From NCBI GenBank assembly GCA_947177395.1, contig CAMWUI010000013.1, forward strand, positions 305 through 64,304: a stretch of 64,000 nucleotides of DNA. Direction: 5' to 3'. Under the pieces are notes generated by a model, which saw nothing but the letters and a program-made list of their open reading frames with translations, did no database searches and was not told where the DNA came from. Of this stretch, positions 38,241 through 48,705 are shown piece by piece (the stretch's first letter is position 1; every line of letters begins with the position of its first letter). Origin of the DNA: an uncultured Paraprevotella sp. Lineage in GTDB: Bacteria > Bacteroidota > Bacteroidia > Bacteroidales > Bacteroidaceae. A program made the position numbers and the translations under genes.

Positions 38241-38648
38241 GGAAGCTTGGGAATAGTTAAATTAATATTCCGGTTTTGACAATATCAGCATAGAGCGGAT
38301 TGTTCATGTCTTCTGTAAGAAGAACAGGCCCTATGTTTCTTTGTCGTATTTTCAGTCTGACGCAAAGAGAGAATATCTTTGAGATGTGTGCATATAGTTT
38401 CAGTGTCATTATTCTTTATCTGTATTTGTTGGGTGGATGTGTAAAGGTTGACAGAACTTTGTGTCTTTTTATGATGTGGCTTGATGTAATGCTATGTTAT
38501 TCATCGATGTATTGGAATATATGGAACAAAGTAGGAACCTTAATTATTTGAATCAGAAAATTGTGTTCAATAATTTAATTCATTATCTTTGCTTATGGGT
38601 ATTCCAAAAGAATGCTTTTTGAATCATTGTTAACCTTAAAATTATATT

Positions 38649-39230
38649 ATGGGACGAATAAAAACTGCAATTGGTATTACAGCCATAGGTATAGCTGTCG
38701 GTTTGAACCTTAGGCATGCATTTCTTAATTACGGAATAACATCAGATTCGTGGGTGTTAAAGGCTATGGCAACGGATAGTATTCCACCTAAAAATATGCA
38801 TGAGTGTGAAGATGCAGGTCAAAAAAAATATTGTAATTCGAGAGAGGTTGCTAAGCCTGGTTTTGCGTTGTGCGACCATTTTTATACAAAGATTTATGGA
38901 AAGACCCCGGTTGTATCTCATGGTAAGATTATCGGGACAGAAGATTTACTTCTTGGAGTTGTGGAGTTTTATGATTCCCGTGGCTGGATTTATGAAACCC
39001 CAGATTATTCTTATTTATATGCGACTGATTTTGAAATAGAAACAGGTCATGTGGCTGGTAAAATTTTGAAATCGGAACCAATAAGGATGGAATATCATTA
39101 TGAGCAGGTTTTTATTGCTGCGGAGTCAAATGATTGTGTTTTCAATAGTGGAGGCTCTTGTATACCTGATGCAGATTTAGATACGGCTTGTCAGGCTGCA
39201 TATGGGAACGGCTTGTTAGGAGCCTCTTGA
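38649..39230 (+). CDS. NVEALA-like leader protein with Cys-containing C-terminal region
   Basis: AVGLNLRHAFLNYGITSDSWVLKAMA leader; 6 Cys; AT-rich; TATCTTTG box at 38584. Confidence 0.6.
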   Translation: MGRIKTAIGITAIGIAVGLNLRHAFLNYGITSDSWVLKAMATDSIPPKNMHECEDAGQKKYCNSREVAKPGFALCDHFYTKIYGKTPVVSHGKIIGTEDLLLGVVEFYDSRGWIYETPDYSYLYATDFEIETGHVAGKILKSEPIRMEYHYEQVFIAAESNDCVFNSGGSCIPDADLDTACQAAYGNGLLGAS

Positions 39231-39244
39231 TTATAAGTAAGTTT

Positions 39245-41893
39245 ATGAGAACTCTTTTTCTGTGTGTTATAGCTTTTTGTCATGCGTTTGTTTGTTGGGC
39301 TCAATCGGACGTGGCGGCTTTAACACAGTTGAAGGCTTATGCTCGGAATGTGCATGCTTTTAATACGCTTTTTCCACAGGAGAAGGTATATTTACACTTG
39401 GACAATACCGGGTATTTCAGAGGAGAAACCATTTGGTTCAAGGCTTATGTTATCCGTACGGACTCTTCTTGCTATACGGACCTGAGTCGGGTACTTTATG
39501 TGGAACTGGTTGCTCCCACAGGGGATATCTTGACTACGAGGAAGTTGAAAATCGAAAACGGACAAGCGCATGGGGATATTAAGCTCGACATGCCGCTTAT
39601 GGATAATGGTTGGTATGAAATACGGGCTTACACCAGGTATATGACCAATTGGAACGAGGCCGGCATTTTTTCACGAGTGATTCCCGTACTGAGGGATAAA
39701 AAACGGCCAGAGAGAGAAGGAAGCGTTTATTTTAAACCGGAACATGAAAAAGAAAACGAAAAAGTACTGAAACAATGGCTTGAAAGTTCCGGGGCTGATT
39801 TAGTGAATCATCTGAGGTATGAAATACCGACAAAGGAAGAGAAAAAGGAGCTAAAAAAGAAAGGTGATGTGGCGAAGGTTGATTTCTATCCTGAGGGTGG
39901 TAGTTGGGTGAAGGGATTGTGCTCTCGGATAGCTTTTTCCGTCATTCCGAAGAAGGAAGCAAGAACGGGGGTATATACGGGTGTTTTACTGGCCGCAAAC
40001 GGAGATACACTTACGAGGCTAAGGACGGATGATGAAGGCCGTGGATGCGTTGTGTGTAATCCGGACGAATCTCCTTCCCGTTTGGCATTTCGGAGTTCAG
40101 ATGGGGGATTTAGTGAGTTCACACTGCCCGAACCGGTAGATACGGGATGTGTGCTTCGTGTAGATGCTGTTTCGGACAGCAGTCTTGTCCGTTTGGACTT
40201 TGCATGTTCTTCTGCATTACGAGGGAGGTTGTTAGGTTGGACGTTGCAGCATAACGGTAATGTGCTCCGTTTCGATACATTGCGTATGGCAAATGCACCC
40301 GTCCGCAGACAGCTTGATCGTTCGGCTTGTCCACCAGGCGTAAACCAGTTGACGCTCTTCGACCGTGACGGACGTATTTGGGCCGAACGTCTGTTCTTCA
40401 TTCATCCTGCGATGGATTCCTATGTAGAGGAGATTGTTATTGCGTCTCCGGATACCATCCGTCCCTACGGTAAGATGGACTTTCATTTATATGCCGCTCC
40501 CAACCGTACGTTTTCGTTATCCGTGATGGATGCCGGTCGGTTGAAAAACGGGAATCCTTCGGGCAATGTGGCAGCTTGGCTGCTTCTGTCTTCCGAACTG
40601 AAGGGTTTTATCTGTCATCCGGACGATTATCTGGAGTCTGCTGACGAAATTCATCGCCAAGCAACGGACCTTCTTATGATGGTACAAGGGTGGCGCCGGT
40701 ACGATTGGCAGACGATGGCGGGCAAGAAGACTTTCGTCAAGCGCCAGCCGTTGGAAGACGGTTTGTATATCGACGGGCAGATTCGTCCCCGAGGAAGTCA
40801 TGCGAACACAGAGGGGGTTGATATGGATGTCCTTCTGATGAATCCGGATAAGCGTAGATGGAAGTGGGAGAGCGGTTACATGCAGACCAAGAAGGACGGT
40901 TATTTCGCTTTTCGGGTAGAGGATGAAATAGAAGGGAGATGGGGGTTGGTGTTCAATACGAAGAATGCAGAGAAGGCTCAAAATTACAAAGTTCTTATTG
41001 ACCGTCAGTTTTCTCCAAAGCTGAAGGAACTGACACGGGCGGAAACGCAATATTTGCAGGTAGACACGTTGGTGACGGATGCCGTTCGCCCCTTGTTTGA
41101 GCCTATGGATTCTACATTATTGGCTTCACGCTTCGGAAAGAAAAATCGTATACTTAAGGAGGTGGTGGTGAAAGGGAAGAAGAGGAAAAGGGAATTCTCC
41201 AAGACTGCCCGCGATATGGAGCAGGAAAAGGAAATACAGCAGCTTCCTTTGGTGTATTATGATGTGGAAAAACTTATAGACGACATGCTTGACAAGGGGG
41301 AGGATATTCCACCCACTCTCAGTTGGATAGAAGAGCTACCTTATGTGCAATATGCCATGCAGATGGAAAAACGCAGTTTATATGCTTATACCATGGGTAT
41401 GGCTCGTACAACGTTGCAAGAGGTGATGGAGGGTCTGTTGCCGGCAGCGGTGAGGAATTTGGATGATGTTCGTTCCATCTACATAGAGACTCCCATGGGG
41501 AATGAGAAACGAGAAGTAATACATAGGTCCGGCACATATTTTTTTAATGGCCGTTGGGAAAGTGTACCCATATCGGGTAAGGAGGTAAGAGACAGGGAAG
41601 CGAGGGGTATCTATGCTTTTATCTTTCCGCGTTATACATTCCCTCTTAAGAAGAAGGGCATACGCCAGACTTATTTCCAAGGTTACAACCGCCCGGAGAC
41701 ATTTCAGATGAATAATTATGATGAGATGGCTCCTGAACCTGACAATCGCCGGACGTTATATTGGAATCCGTGTGTGACGACGGATTCGACCGGCCGTGCC
41801 ACTGTCACGGTTTGGAATAGTGAAACCTGTCGAAGTCTGTATCTTTCGGCAGAAGGGATTACTCCGGGAGGTTCTCCTATGCTTTATAGATAG
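39245..41893 (+). CDS. Large secreted MG2/macroglobulin-like Bacteroidetes protein
   Basis: Signal peptide ..WA-Q; QEKVYLHLDNTGYFRGETIWFKAYV, FYPEGG, LLLSSELKG, DLLMMVQGWRRY, DNRRTLYWNP. Confidence 0.72.
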   Translation: MRTLFLCVIAFCHAFVCWAQSDVAALTQLKAYARNVHAFNTLFPQEKVYLHLDNTGYFRGETIWFKAYVIRTDSSCYTDLSRVLYVELVAPTGDILTTRKLKIENGQAHGDIKLDMPLMDNGWYEIRAYTRYMTNWNEAGIFSRVIPVLRDKKRPEREGSVYFKPEHEKENEKVLKQWLESSGADLVNHLRYEIPTKEEKKELKKKGDVAKVDFYPEGGSWVKGLCSRIAFSVIPKKEARTGVYTGVLLAANGDTLTRLRTDDEGRGCVVCNPDESPSRLAFRSSDGGFSEFTLPEPVDTGCVLRVDAVSDSSLVRLDFACSSALRGRLLGWTLQHNGNVLRFDTLRMANAPVRRQLDRSACPPGVNQLTLFDRDGRIWAERLFFIHPAMDSYVEEIVIASPDTIRPYGKMDFHLYAAPNRTFSLSVMDAGRLKNGNPSGNVAAWLLLSSELKGFICHPDDYLESADEIHRQATDLLMMVQGWRRYDWQTMAGKKTFVKRQPLEDGLYIDGQIRPRGSHANTEGVDMDVLLMNPDKRRWKWESGYMQTKKDGYFAFRVEDEIEGRWGLVFNTKNAEKAQNYKVLIDRQFSPKLKELTRAETQYLQVDTLVTDAVRPLFEPMDSTLLASRFGKKNRILKEVVVKGKKRKREFSKTARDMEQEKEIQQLPLVYYDVEKLIDDMLDKGEDIPPTLSWIEELPYVQYAMQMEKRSLYAYTMGMARTTLQEVMEGLLPAAVRNLDDVRSIYIETPMGNEKREVIHRSGTYFFNGRWESVPISGKEVRDREARGIYAFIFPRYTFPLKKKGIRQTYFQGYNRPETFQMNNYDEMAPEPDNRRTLYWNPCVTTDSTGRATVTVWNSETCRSLYLSAEGITPGGSPMLYR

Positions 41894-41944
41894 ATGGATG
41901 GCATGCCGTTTCTCGGTTCAGTAAAGGCGATGAAAATATGGAAT

Positions 41945-42050
41945 CACACTGGGAAAATGCAATTTTACTCTTACATTGCATTTTCCCAGTGTGGTGTCCG
42001 GTGTCTTATGGAGCGCTTTGATTATCAGCTTCAAAGATAATCAAAGCGTC
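41945..42050. terminator. Two inverted repeats between convergent genes (terminators)
   Basis: Perfect 19-bp IR 41945-63/41975-93 and 13-bp IR 42014-26/42036-48. Confidence 0.7.
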
Positions 42051-42052
42051 CT

Positions 42053-44344
42053 TTAGTTACGTTGCTTCTTTTTGGCCACTATGGCATCAATGACAGCTAC
42101 GGCGGTGATGTTCACGATATCGCGCACGCTGCTTTCGTTGTCCGTGAAGTGGACAGGTTTGTTCAGTCCCATCTGAATAGGACCGATGATTTCCATGTCG
42201 TCCTCGTTCATGGCCTGCAACAGTTGATATCCGGCATTGGCGGAACTCAGATTGGGGAATACCAGGGTATTCACTTCCTTTCCGCGGAGTCGGCTGAACG
42301 GATATTTCTGATCGCGCAGCTTGTTGTTCATGGCAAACTTCACTTGCATCTCTCCGTCGATGGCCAGGTCGGGATAGTGCTCCTGCATATAGTCCACGGC
42401 CTTGTGCATCTGGGCGGGGCTGCCTGCCGTGTCGGCCCCGAAGTTGGAGTAAGAGAGCATCGCTATCACCGGTTCGTGGTTGAAGAACCGTACGATCTGC
42501 TCGGACAGGCGTGCGATATCGATGACAGTCTCCGTGTCCGGATGGCGATTGATAAGCGTGTCGGCCAGAAAGTATGTGCCTTTCTTGGAGTTAAGGATAT
42601 GCATGGTGCCGAAGTGGTTGTATTCCGGCCGGATGCCGATGACCTCCTTGGCCACCTTGATGGTGTTGGAGTATTTCGTGTAAAGTCCTGTGATGAATGC
42701 ATCGGCCTCGCCGGTTTCCACCATCATCATACCGAAGTAATTGCGTTCGAACATCTTGTCGTTGGCTTCCTCGAAAGTATATCCCTCGCGGGCCCGTTTC
42801 TCAGCCAGGATATGGGCATACCGTTCCCGGCGGTCGGCTTCGCGGTCGTGGCGCAGATTGATGATTTCAATGCCTTCCAGGCTCAGGTCAAGTTCTTTGG
42901 CCAGTTTCTCTATGCGTTCGTCATTGCCCAGAAGAATAGGGTGGCAGATACCTTCCGCTCTGGCCTCTACGGCAGCTTTCAGCATGTTGGGGTGTATGCC
43001 TTCGGCAAATACCACGCGTTGCGGGTTCTGACGGGCTGTCTCATGCAACTGGCGGGTGAGTTTCGATTCATATCCCATCAGTTCTTTCAGTCGCTGGCGG
43101 TATTCTTCCCAGTCGGTAATCGGCTTGCGGGCTACGCCGGATTCCATGGCAGCCTTGGCTACGGCCATGGATACTTCCGTGATGAGGCGCGGGTCTACGG
43201 GTTTCGGAATGAAATACTTCGGTCCGAAAGTAAAGTTGTTCATGTGGTAGGCTTCGTTTACCACGTCGGGTACCGGTTGTTTGGCCAATTCGGCGATGGC
43301 ACGCACGGCGGCCAGTTTCATCTCTTCGTTGATGGCGCTGGCGTTGGTGTCCAGTGCTCCGCGGAAGATGTACGGGAAACCGATGACGTTGTTGATTTGG
43401 TTAGGGTAGTCCGAACGTCCGGTGGCCATCAGTACATCGGGTCGGGAAGCCATGGCGTCCTCGTAAGAAATTTCGGGTACGGGGTTGGCCAGCGCGAAGA
43501 CGATGGGCGAGGGAGCCATGCTACGCACCATGTCCTGCGTAAGTACGTTCCCGCGTGACAATCCGAGGAAGACATCCGCTCCGCGGATAGCCTCTTCCAG
43601 CGTATGTATGTCTGTGCGGTTTGTGGCGAAGTAACGTTTCTGTTCGTTCAGGTCGGTGCGTTCTTTCGAGATTACCCCTTTGCTGTCAACCATGACGATG
43701 TTTTCCAACCGGGCTCCCAAAGAAACATACAGTCTGGTGCAGGATACGGCGGAGGCGCCGGCCCCGTTTACGACAATCTTCACCTCCTCGATATTCTTAC
43801 CGGCTACTTCCAGGGCATTCAGCAAGCCCGCGCTGGAGATGATGGCGGTTCCGTGCTGGTCATCGTGCATCACCGGGATATCCAGTTCCTCTTTCAGCCG
43901 GCGTTCGATCTCAAAGCATTCGGGGGCTTTGATGTCTTCCAGGTTGATTCCTCCGAAAGTGGGTGCGATAGCTTTCACGGCTTCGATAAACTTGTCGGGA
44001 TCGGTCTCGTCGATTTCTATGTCGAATACATCCACACCGGCGTATATCTTGAACAGCAGTCCTTTGCCTTCCATCACCGGTTTGCCGGCCAGTGCTCCGA
44101 TGTTGCCCAGTCCGAGTACGGCCGTACCATTGGAGATGACAGCCACCAGATTTCCTTTGGCCGTGTATTTATAGGCGTCGTGCGCGTTTTTTTCAATTTC
44201 GAGACATGGTTCTGCCACTCCCGGCGAATAAGCCAGTGACAGGTCGGTCTGCGTACTGTAAGGTTTTGTCGGCACCACCTCTATCTTGCCCGGTTTCCCC
44301 TGCGAGTGGTAGAGCAAGGCCATTTCTTTTGTTATCTTTGTCAT
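42053..44344 (-). CDS. maeB: NADP-dependent malic enzyme with PTA-like C-terminal domain
   Basis: LSLAYSPGVA, NGTAVLGLG, HDDQHGTA, GRSDYPNQINN, DGEMQ, FPNLSSAN. Confidence 0.95.
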   Translation of the reverse strand: MTKITKEMALLYHSQGKPGKIEVVPTKPYSTQTDLSLAYSPGVAEPCLEIEKNAHDAYKYTAKGNLVAVISNGTAVLGLGNIGALAGKPVMEGKGLLFKIYAGVDVFDIEIDETDPDKFIEAVKAIAPTFGGINLEDIKAPECFEIERRLKEELDIPVMHDDQHGTAIISSAGLLNALEVAGKNIEEVKIVVNGAGASAVSCTRLYVSLGARLENIVMVDSKGVISKERTDLNEQKRYFATNRTDIHTLEEAIRGADVFLGLSRGNVLTQDMVRSMAPSPIVFALANPVPEISYEDAMASRPDVLMATGRSDYPNQINNVIGFPYIFRGALDTNASAINEEMKLAAVRAIAELAKQPVPDVVNEAYHMNNFTFGPKYFIPKPVDPRLITEVSMAVAKAAMESGVARKPITDWEEYRQRLKELMGYESKLTRQLHETARQNPQRVVFAEGIHPNMLKAAVEARAEGICHPILLGNDERIEKLAKELDLSLEGIEIINLRHDREADRRERYAHILAEKRAREGYTFEEANDKMFERNYFGMMMVETGEADAFITGLYTKYSNTIKVAKEVIGIRPEYNHFGTMHILNSKKGTYFLADTLINRHPDTETVIDIARLSEQIVRFFNHEPVIAMLSYSNFGADTAGSPAQMHKAVDYMQEHYPDLAIDGEMQVKFAMNNKLRDQKYPFSRLRGKEVNTLVFPNLSSANAGYQLLQAMNEDDMEIIGPIQMGLNKPVHFTDNESSVRDIVNITAVAVIDAIVAKKKQRN

Positions 44345-44715
44345 ATTATATATAATGTATAAAATGAATATTCATGTTTGTTTTGAATGGGGCAAAGATA
44401 GTGAATATTTCCCTTAATTATGGTTTGTGTGATGGCAAATTGAAATCTTTTAATGGAAAGTGTTTGCAAATTGTGAGTATCGAATGGCCTGGTGTTCATA
44501 TCTGATGCTGAATTTATAGGCATGGTAAATAAAAAGCATGTAATTGAATGATATTTGAAAGATACCGATAGTTTATATTGTTTTTTATTGCTTATATATG
44601 TATATTTGTGCCAATGATATTTGATATGTCTGTTTTTTTATAGGTCAGCATGTATTGGTTTCGTAATAGAATTAAATATAGAACAAGGCTTTTAAATAAT
44701 ATATAGTAAAGTTGT

Positions 44716-45432
44716 ATGAAAGTTTTTTTATTCTTAGCAGTTCTGTTTATTTCACATTGCTTGCAGGCACAGGATTATCAGCCTTTGTTGACTGATGGAA
44801 AGATGTGGAATTGGGTCTCAGCTAATTATTTTTCAATGCAAAAGCGGAATTTTACTGTAGCTGTAGTGGGAGATACAATAGTAGACAATCTCAATTGCCG
44901 TAGATTGTGTCTCTTTTATGAGGGGGAACCTGAAAAATATTATTATCCTGCTTATGAGGAAAATGGAAAGTTGTTCTTTTATCTTAATGTAGGGGGAGCG
45001 GCATCGTTGTTGCTTGATTTCAGCCTTCATTTAGGGGAGAAGGCTGCCATAGGAGAAAATTATTATGTGTTAAAGGAGGATACGGTGGAGGTCAAAGGAT
45101 ACCTGCGGCGCAGGTTGGCATTAGGTAGAGAGGATGAAGGGATTGGAGGATATTGGGTGGAAGGAGTAGGTTCCGACAGAGATGTTTGGGCCACGCTGAT
45201 CGATAAGCATATTGGTGACTATCATTATATGGTATCGTGTTATGAAAATGGAACGTGCATTTTTGAGGCGGATGATTTTAACGCATCTCCGACGAATATT
45301 CTGAATATACCTTTAAGGTCCACAGATAATGTATATTATGATTTGGGTGGAAACGTGATTTTTCCTCCAATTGAAAGGAGTGGAAGGAGTGGTATATATA
45401 TTAAAGACGGACGTAAGTTTATTCATCGCTGA
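44716..45432 (+). CDS. Secreted hypothetical protein with Prevotella-type T9SS C-terminal tail
   Basis: Signal ..LQA-QDY; WVEGVGS motif; YYDLGG..GIYIKDGRKF; AT-rich. Confidence 0.7.
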   Translation: MKVFLFLAVLFISHCLQAQDYQPLLTDGKMWNWVSANYFSMQKRNFTVAVVGDTIVDNLNCRRLCLFYEGEPEKYYYPAYEENGKLFFYLNVGGAASLLLDFSLHLGEKAAIGENYYVLKEDTVEVKGYLRRRLALGREDEGIGGYWVEGVGSDRDVWATLIDKHIGDYHYMVSCYENGTCIFEADDFNASPTNILNIPLRSTDNVYYDLGGNVIFPPIERSGRSGIYIKDGRKFIHR

Positions 45433-45492
45433 CAGATAGTCTGACGGTTTTTATAGTTCGGTTATACGGTTATAAATATATAATTATATCTT

Positions 45493-46941
45493 ATGATATT
45501 CACGGGAGAAAATGTTGTTCTGGTTGGTTCGATTCTTTTGTTTGTCAGCATTGTAGTGAGTCGTACCGGTTATCGGTTCGGAGTGCCTGCATTGCTGCTG
45601 TTTCTGGTGGTAGGTATGCTGTTCGGCAGCGACGGTCTTGGTTTGCAATTCAGCGATGTGTCCACAGCACAGTTTATCGGCATGCTGGCACTGAGTGTCA
45701 TTCTCTTTGCTGGCGGCATGGATACGAAAATAGCCGATGTGCGACCTATCTGGAAACCGGGACTGACACTTTCCACACTGGGAGTGCTTCTTACGGCCTT
45801 GTCTACAGGGGTGTTTATCTGGTGGCTGTCGGGTATGGCATGGACCAATATTTCCTTTTCGCTTACAGCCTCCCTGTTGTTGGCAGCCACGATGTCATCT
45901 ACCGACTCGGCTTCGGTCTTTGCTATCCTGCGTTCACAGAAGATGAATCTGAAGCACAATCTGCGGCCTATGCTTGAACTGGAAAGCGGGAGCAACGATC
46001 CCATGGCCTATATGCTCACCATCGTGCTCATCCAACTCATTCAGACGTCAGGCATGGGATGGGGAAGTATAGCCTGGAGTTTTCTTGTGCAGTTTGTCGT
46101 GGGCGGAGTGGCCGGTTATCTGCTGGGGCGTCTGGCTATTTATATTATCAACAAGATAGGGATAGACAATCAGTCGCTCTATCCCATTCTTCTTCTTTCT
46201 TTTGTCTTCTTCACTTTTGCCGTTACCGACCGTCTGGGCGGCAACGGTTATCTAGCCGTATATATCACCGGTATGGTAGTGGGCAATCGCCGGATTATGT
46301 ATTCCCGCGAAATCACCACCTTTATGGATGGTTTGACATGGCTTTTCCAGATTGTGATGTTCCTCGTGCTTGGTCTGCTCGTCAATCCGCACGAAATGCT
46401 TTCCGTTGCCTGTGTGGCCACCCTTATAGGGGTGTTTATGATATTAGTGAGTCGTCCGCTGAGTGTTTTTCTCTGTCTGCTTCCTTTCCGGCGTATCACC
46501 TTTCCCTCCCGTTTGTTTGTTTCGTGGGTGGGACTGCGCGGAGCTGTTCCCATCATTTTTGCCACCTATCCGGTGGTGGCCCGTGTGGAAGGAGCTACAG
46601 TGATATTCAATGTGGTTTTCTTTATTACAATAGTCTCGTTGGTTGTGCAGGGAACTACGGTGTCCCGTGTAGCCCGTCGTCTTCGTCTGTCTATTCCTTT
46701 ACCCAGGATTGGTAATGCTTTCGGTGTGGAGTTGCCGGAGGAGATAGACAGCAAATTGTCCGACCGGACGGTGACGGAAGAAATGCTGGAGCGAGCCACG
46801 ACCCTGAAAGATATGCATCTGCCGCAGGGGACGCTTGTGATGATGGTGAAACGCGGTTCCCGTTTTCTTGTACCCAACGGGAGCATGGAACTGGAGGTCG
46901 GAGACAAATTACTGTTTATCAACCAAAAGAAAGAGGAGTAG
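45493..46941 (+). CDS. K+/H+ antiporter (CvrA/NhaP2) with TrkA-C domain
   Basis: SSTDSASVF, LELESGSNDPMA, WVGLRGAVPII, VPNGSMELEVGD. Confidence 0.9.
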   Translation: MIFTGENVVLVGSILLFVSIVVSRTGYRFGVPALLLFLVVGMLFGSDGLGLQFSDVSTAQFIGMLALSVILFAGGMDTKIADVRPIWKPGLTLSTLGVLLTALSTGVFIWWLSGMAWTNISFSLTASLLLAATMSSTDSASVFAILRSQKMNLKHNLRPMLELESGSNDPMAYMLTIVLIQLIQTSGMGWGSIAWSFLVQFVVGGVAGYLLGRLAIYIINKIGIDNQSLYPILLLSFVFFTFAVTDRLGGNGYLAVYITGMVVGNRRIMYSREITTFMDGLTWLFQIVMFLVLGLLVNPHEMLSVACVATLIGVFMILVSRPLSVFLCLLPFRRITFPSRLFVSWVGLRGAVPIIFATYPVVARVEGATVIFNVVFFITIVSLVVQGTTVSRVARRLRLSIPLPRIGNAFGVELPEEIDSKLSDRTVTEEMLERATTLKDMHLPQGTLVMMVKRGSRFLVPNGSMELEVGDKLLFINQKKEE

Positions 46942-46945
46942 AAGA

Positions 46946-48589
46946 ATGAAACTAATTATAGGGCTCAAAATAATTCTGTTGTGTATATTCGGACTGTTTG
47001 CAACCTTCGGGAGCGGTAAACTCTTTGCTGTGCAGGTTGCAGACACGGAGCTTTCTTATGTGAACAATCCGCTTATATGGGCCGACGTGCCCGACCCCGA
47101 CGTTATTCGGGTGGGGGAGGATTTTTATATGGTCAGCACTACCATGCATCTGATGCCCGGTTGTCCGGTGATGCATTCCAAAGATTTGGTAAACTGGGAG
47201 ACCATAGGGTATGTGTTCGAACGTCTGGAAGATACTCCCCGTTACGATCTTCGGGAGGGGAGTGTTTACGGTAAAGGACAGTGGGCTACATCTTTGCGTT
47301 ATCGTGACGGAGTATTTTATGTTTTGTTCTCACCCAACGACTTCCCTTACCGCTCATACATATATAAGGCGACAGATCCGGCCGGACCGTGGACGCTTGT
47401 TACGCGTACCCATCATTTCCATGACGCGTCGTTGCTTCTTGACGATGACGGTCGTGCTTTTGTTTTCTACAATGGCGGAGAAATCAGGTTACGTGAACTG
47501 AATGAAGATCTTACCGGAGTGAAGGAAGGCGGCATCGACCGCGTAGTCATTCATCCGGATTCAACAGAAACGGGTTTGCACGAGGGCAGCCGTGTGATTA
47601 AACATAACGGGAAATACTATGCGTTCGTAATTTCCTGGCCTGCCGGTAAACCGAGACGGCAATTGTGTTATCGTGCCGATAAAATAGAGGGACCTTATGA
47701 GAAAATGGTGGTGCTCGAATCCGAGTTCGGAGGTTTTTCCTATGTGGGGCAAGGATGTATGGTGGACGACACTGATAACAATTGGTGGGGAGTAATCTTT
47801 CAGGATCGCGGAGGTGTCGGCCGGGTGCTGACTTTAAATCCCTGTATATGGAAAGACGGTTGGCCCGTGCTGGGTGATGAGAACGGAAAGGTACCTTATA
47901 CGATTCACAAGAAAGTGACAGTCGGTAAAAAAAGGAAAATTATGGAATCGGATGATTTCTCCGGCACTAAATCCATTTTGTGGCAGTGGAACCACAATCC
48001 TGTCGACAGTGCATGGTCGCTTACCGAACGTCCGGGTTATCTGAGGCTTCGCACGGCACGTGTGGTCTCCAATATATTCGAGGCCCCGAACACGATTTCC
48101 CAGCGGATGGAAGGACCGCGGAGCGAAGCAATCGTCAAACTTGATGTTAGTGCGATGATAGCTGGAGACCGTGCCGGTTTCGCCGCTTTCAACGGAGATT
48201 CCGGTCTCCTTACAGTTGAATGTAATGCCGATGGGAAATGGATAGTTTCTTCCACGTCATCGGTTATCCTTAATCCGGAGAACTACGGGGTAAGTGGCGT
48301 TAAGAATAGAGAAACGGCCCGAGTGCCGTTTGAAGCAAATGTCGTTTATTTCAAGATTACGACTGATTTCAATCCGGGACGTGATATGGCTAATTTTTAT
48401 TATAGTTATAACGGAGCAGACTGGACACCTGTCGGAGAAGAGTTCAGGATGATTTTTGATTACCGGCGTTTTTTCATGGGCACACGGTTTGCCATTTTCA
48501 ACTATGCAACCGAATCTCTCGGGGGAATGGTAGATATAGATTGGTATAAAGTCGCTGTTATGACAGATAGAGAAAAGAGGATAAAATAA
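46946..48589 (+). CDS. GH43 arabinofuranosidase/xylosidase (GH43_10-like) with C-terminal beta-sandwich
   Basis: NPLIWADVPDPDVIR, HSKDLVNW, HDASL, HEGS, WQWNHNP. Confidence 0.85.
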   Translation: MKLIIGLKIILLCIFGLFATFGSGKLFAVQVADTELSYVNNPLIWADVPDPDVIRVGEDFYMVSTTMHLMPGCPVMHSKDLVNWETIGYVFERLEDTPRYDLREGSVYGKGQWATSLRYRDGVFYVLFSPNDFPYRSYIYKATDPAGPWTLVTRTHHFHDASLLLDDDGRAFVFYNGGEIRLRELNEDLTGVKEGGIDRVVIHPDSTETGLHEGSRVIKHNGKYYAFVISWPAGKPRRQLCYRADKIEGPYEKMVVLESEFGGFSYVGQGCMVDDTDNNWWGVIFQDRGGVGRVLTLNPCIWKDGWPVLGDENGKVPYTIHKKVTVGKKRKIMESDDFSGTKSILWQWNHNPVDSAWSLTERPGYLRLRTARVVSNIFEAPNTISQRMEGPRSEAIVKLDVSAMIAGDRAGFAAFNGDSGLLTVECNADGKWIVSSTSSVILNPENYGVSGVKNRETARVPFEANVVYFKITTDFNPGRDMANFYYSYNGADWTPVGEEFRMIFDYRRFFMGTRFAIFNYATESLGGMVDIDWYKVAVMTDREKRIK

Positions 48590-48705
48590 TAGCGGATTTG
48601 CTTTTGTTGAGGACAATGTCGCAAAAAATGATGAAATAGAATGGTTGTGATGCGGAAATAAATAAGTGATTGATTATTTTTGCAACATGAACCTATCTGT
48701 TTAAT

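Noticed and set aside
38300-38551. 83-aa ORF in the AT-rich spacer (also 44341-44523)
   Set aside because: No motifs and a weak start context; likely non-coding promoter DNA
41945-41993. 19-bp inverted repeat as an invertible-promoter or IS end
   Set aside because: Arms are only 11 bp apart, lie between convergent genes, and no recombinase is present; best explained as a terminator
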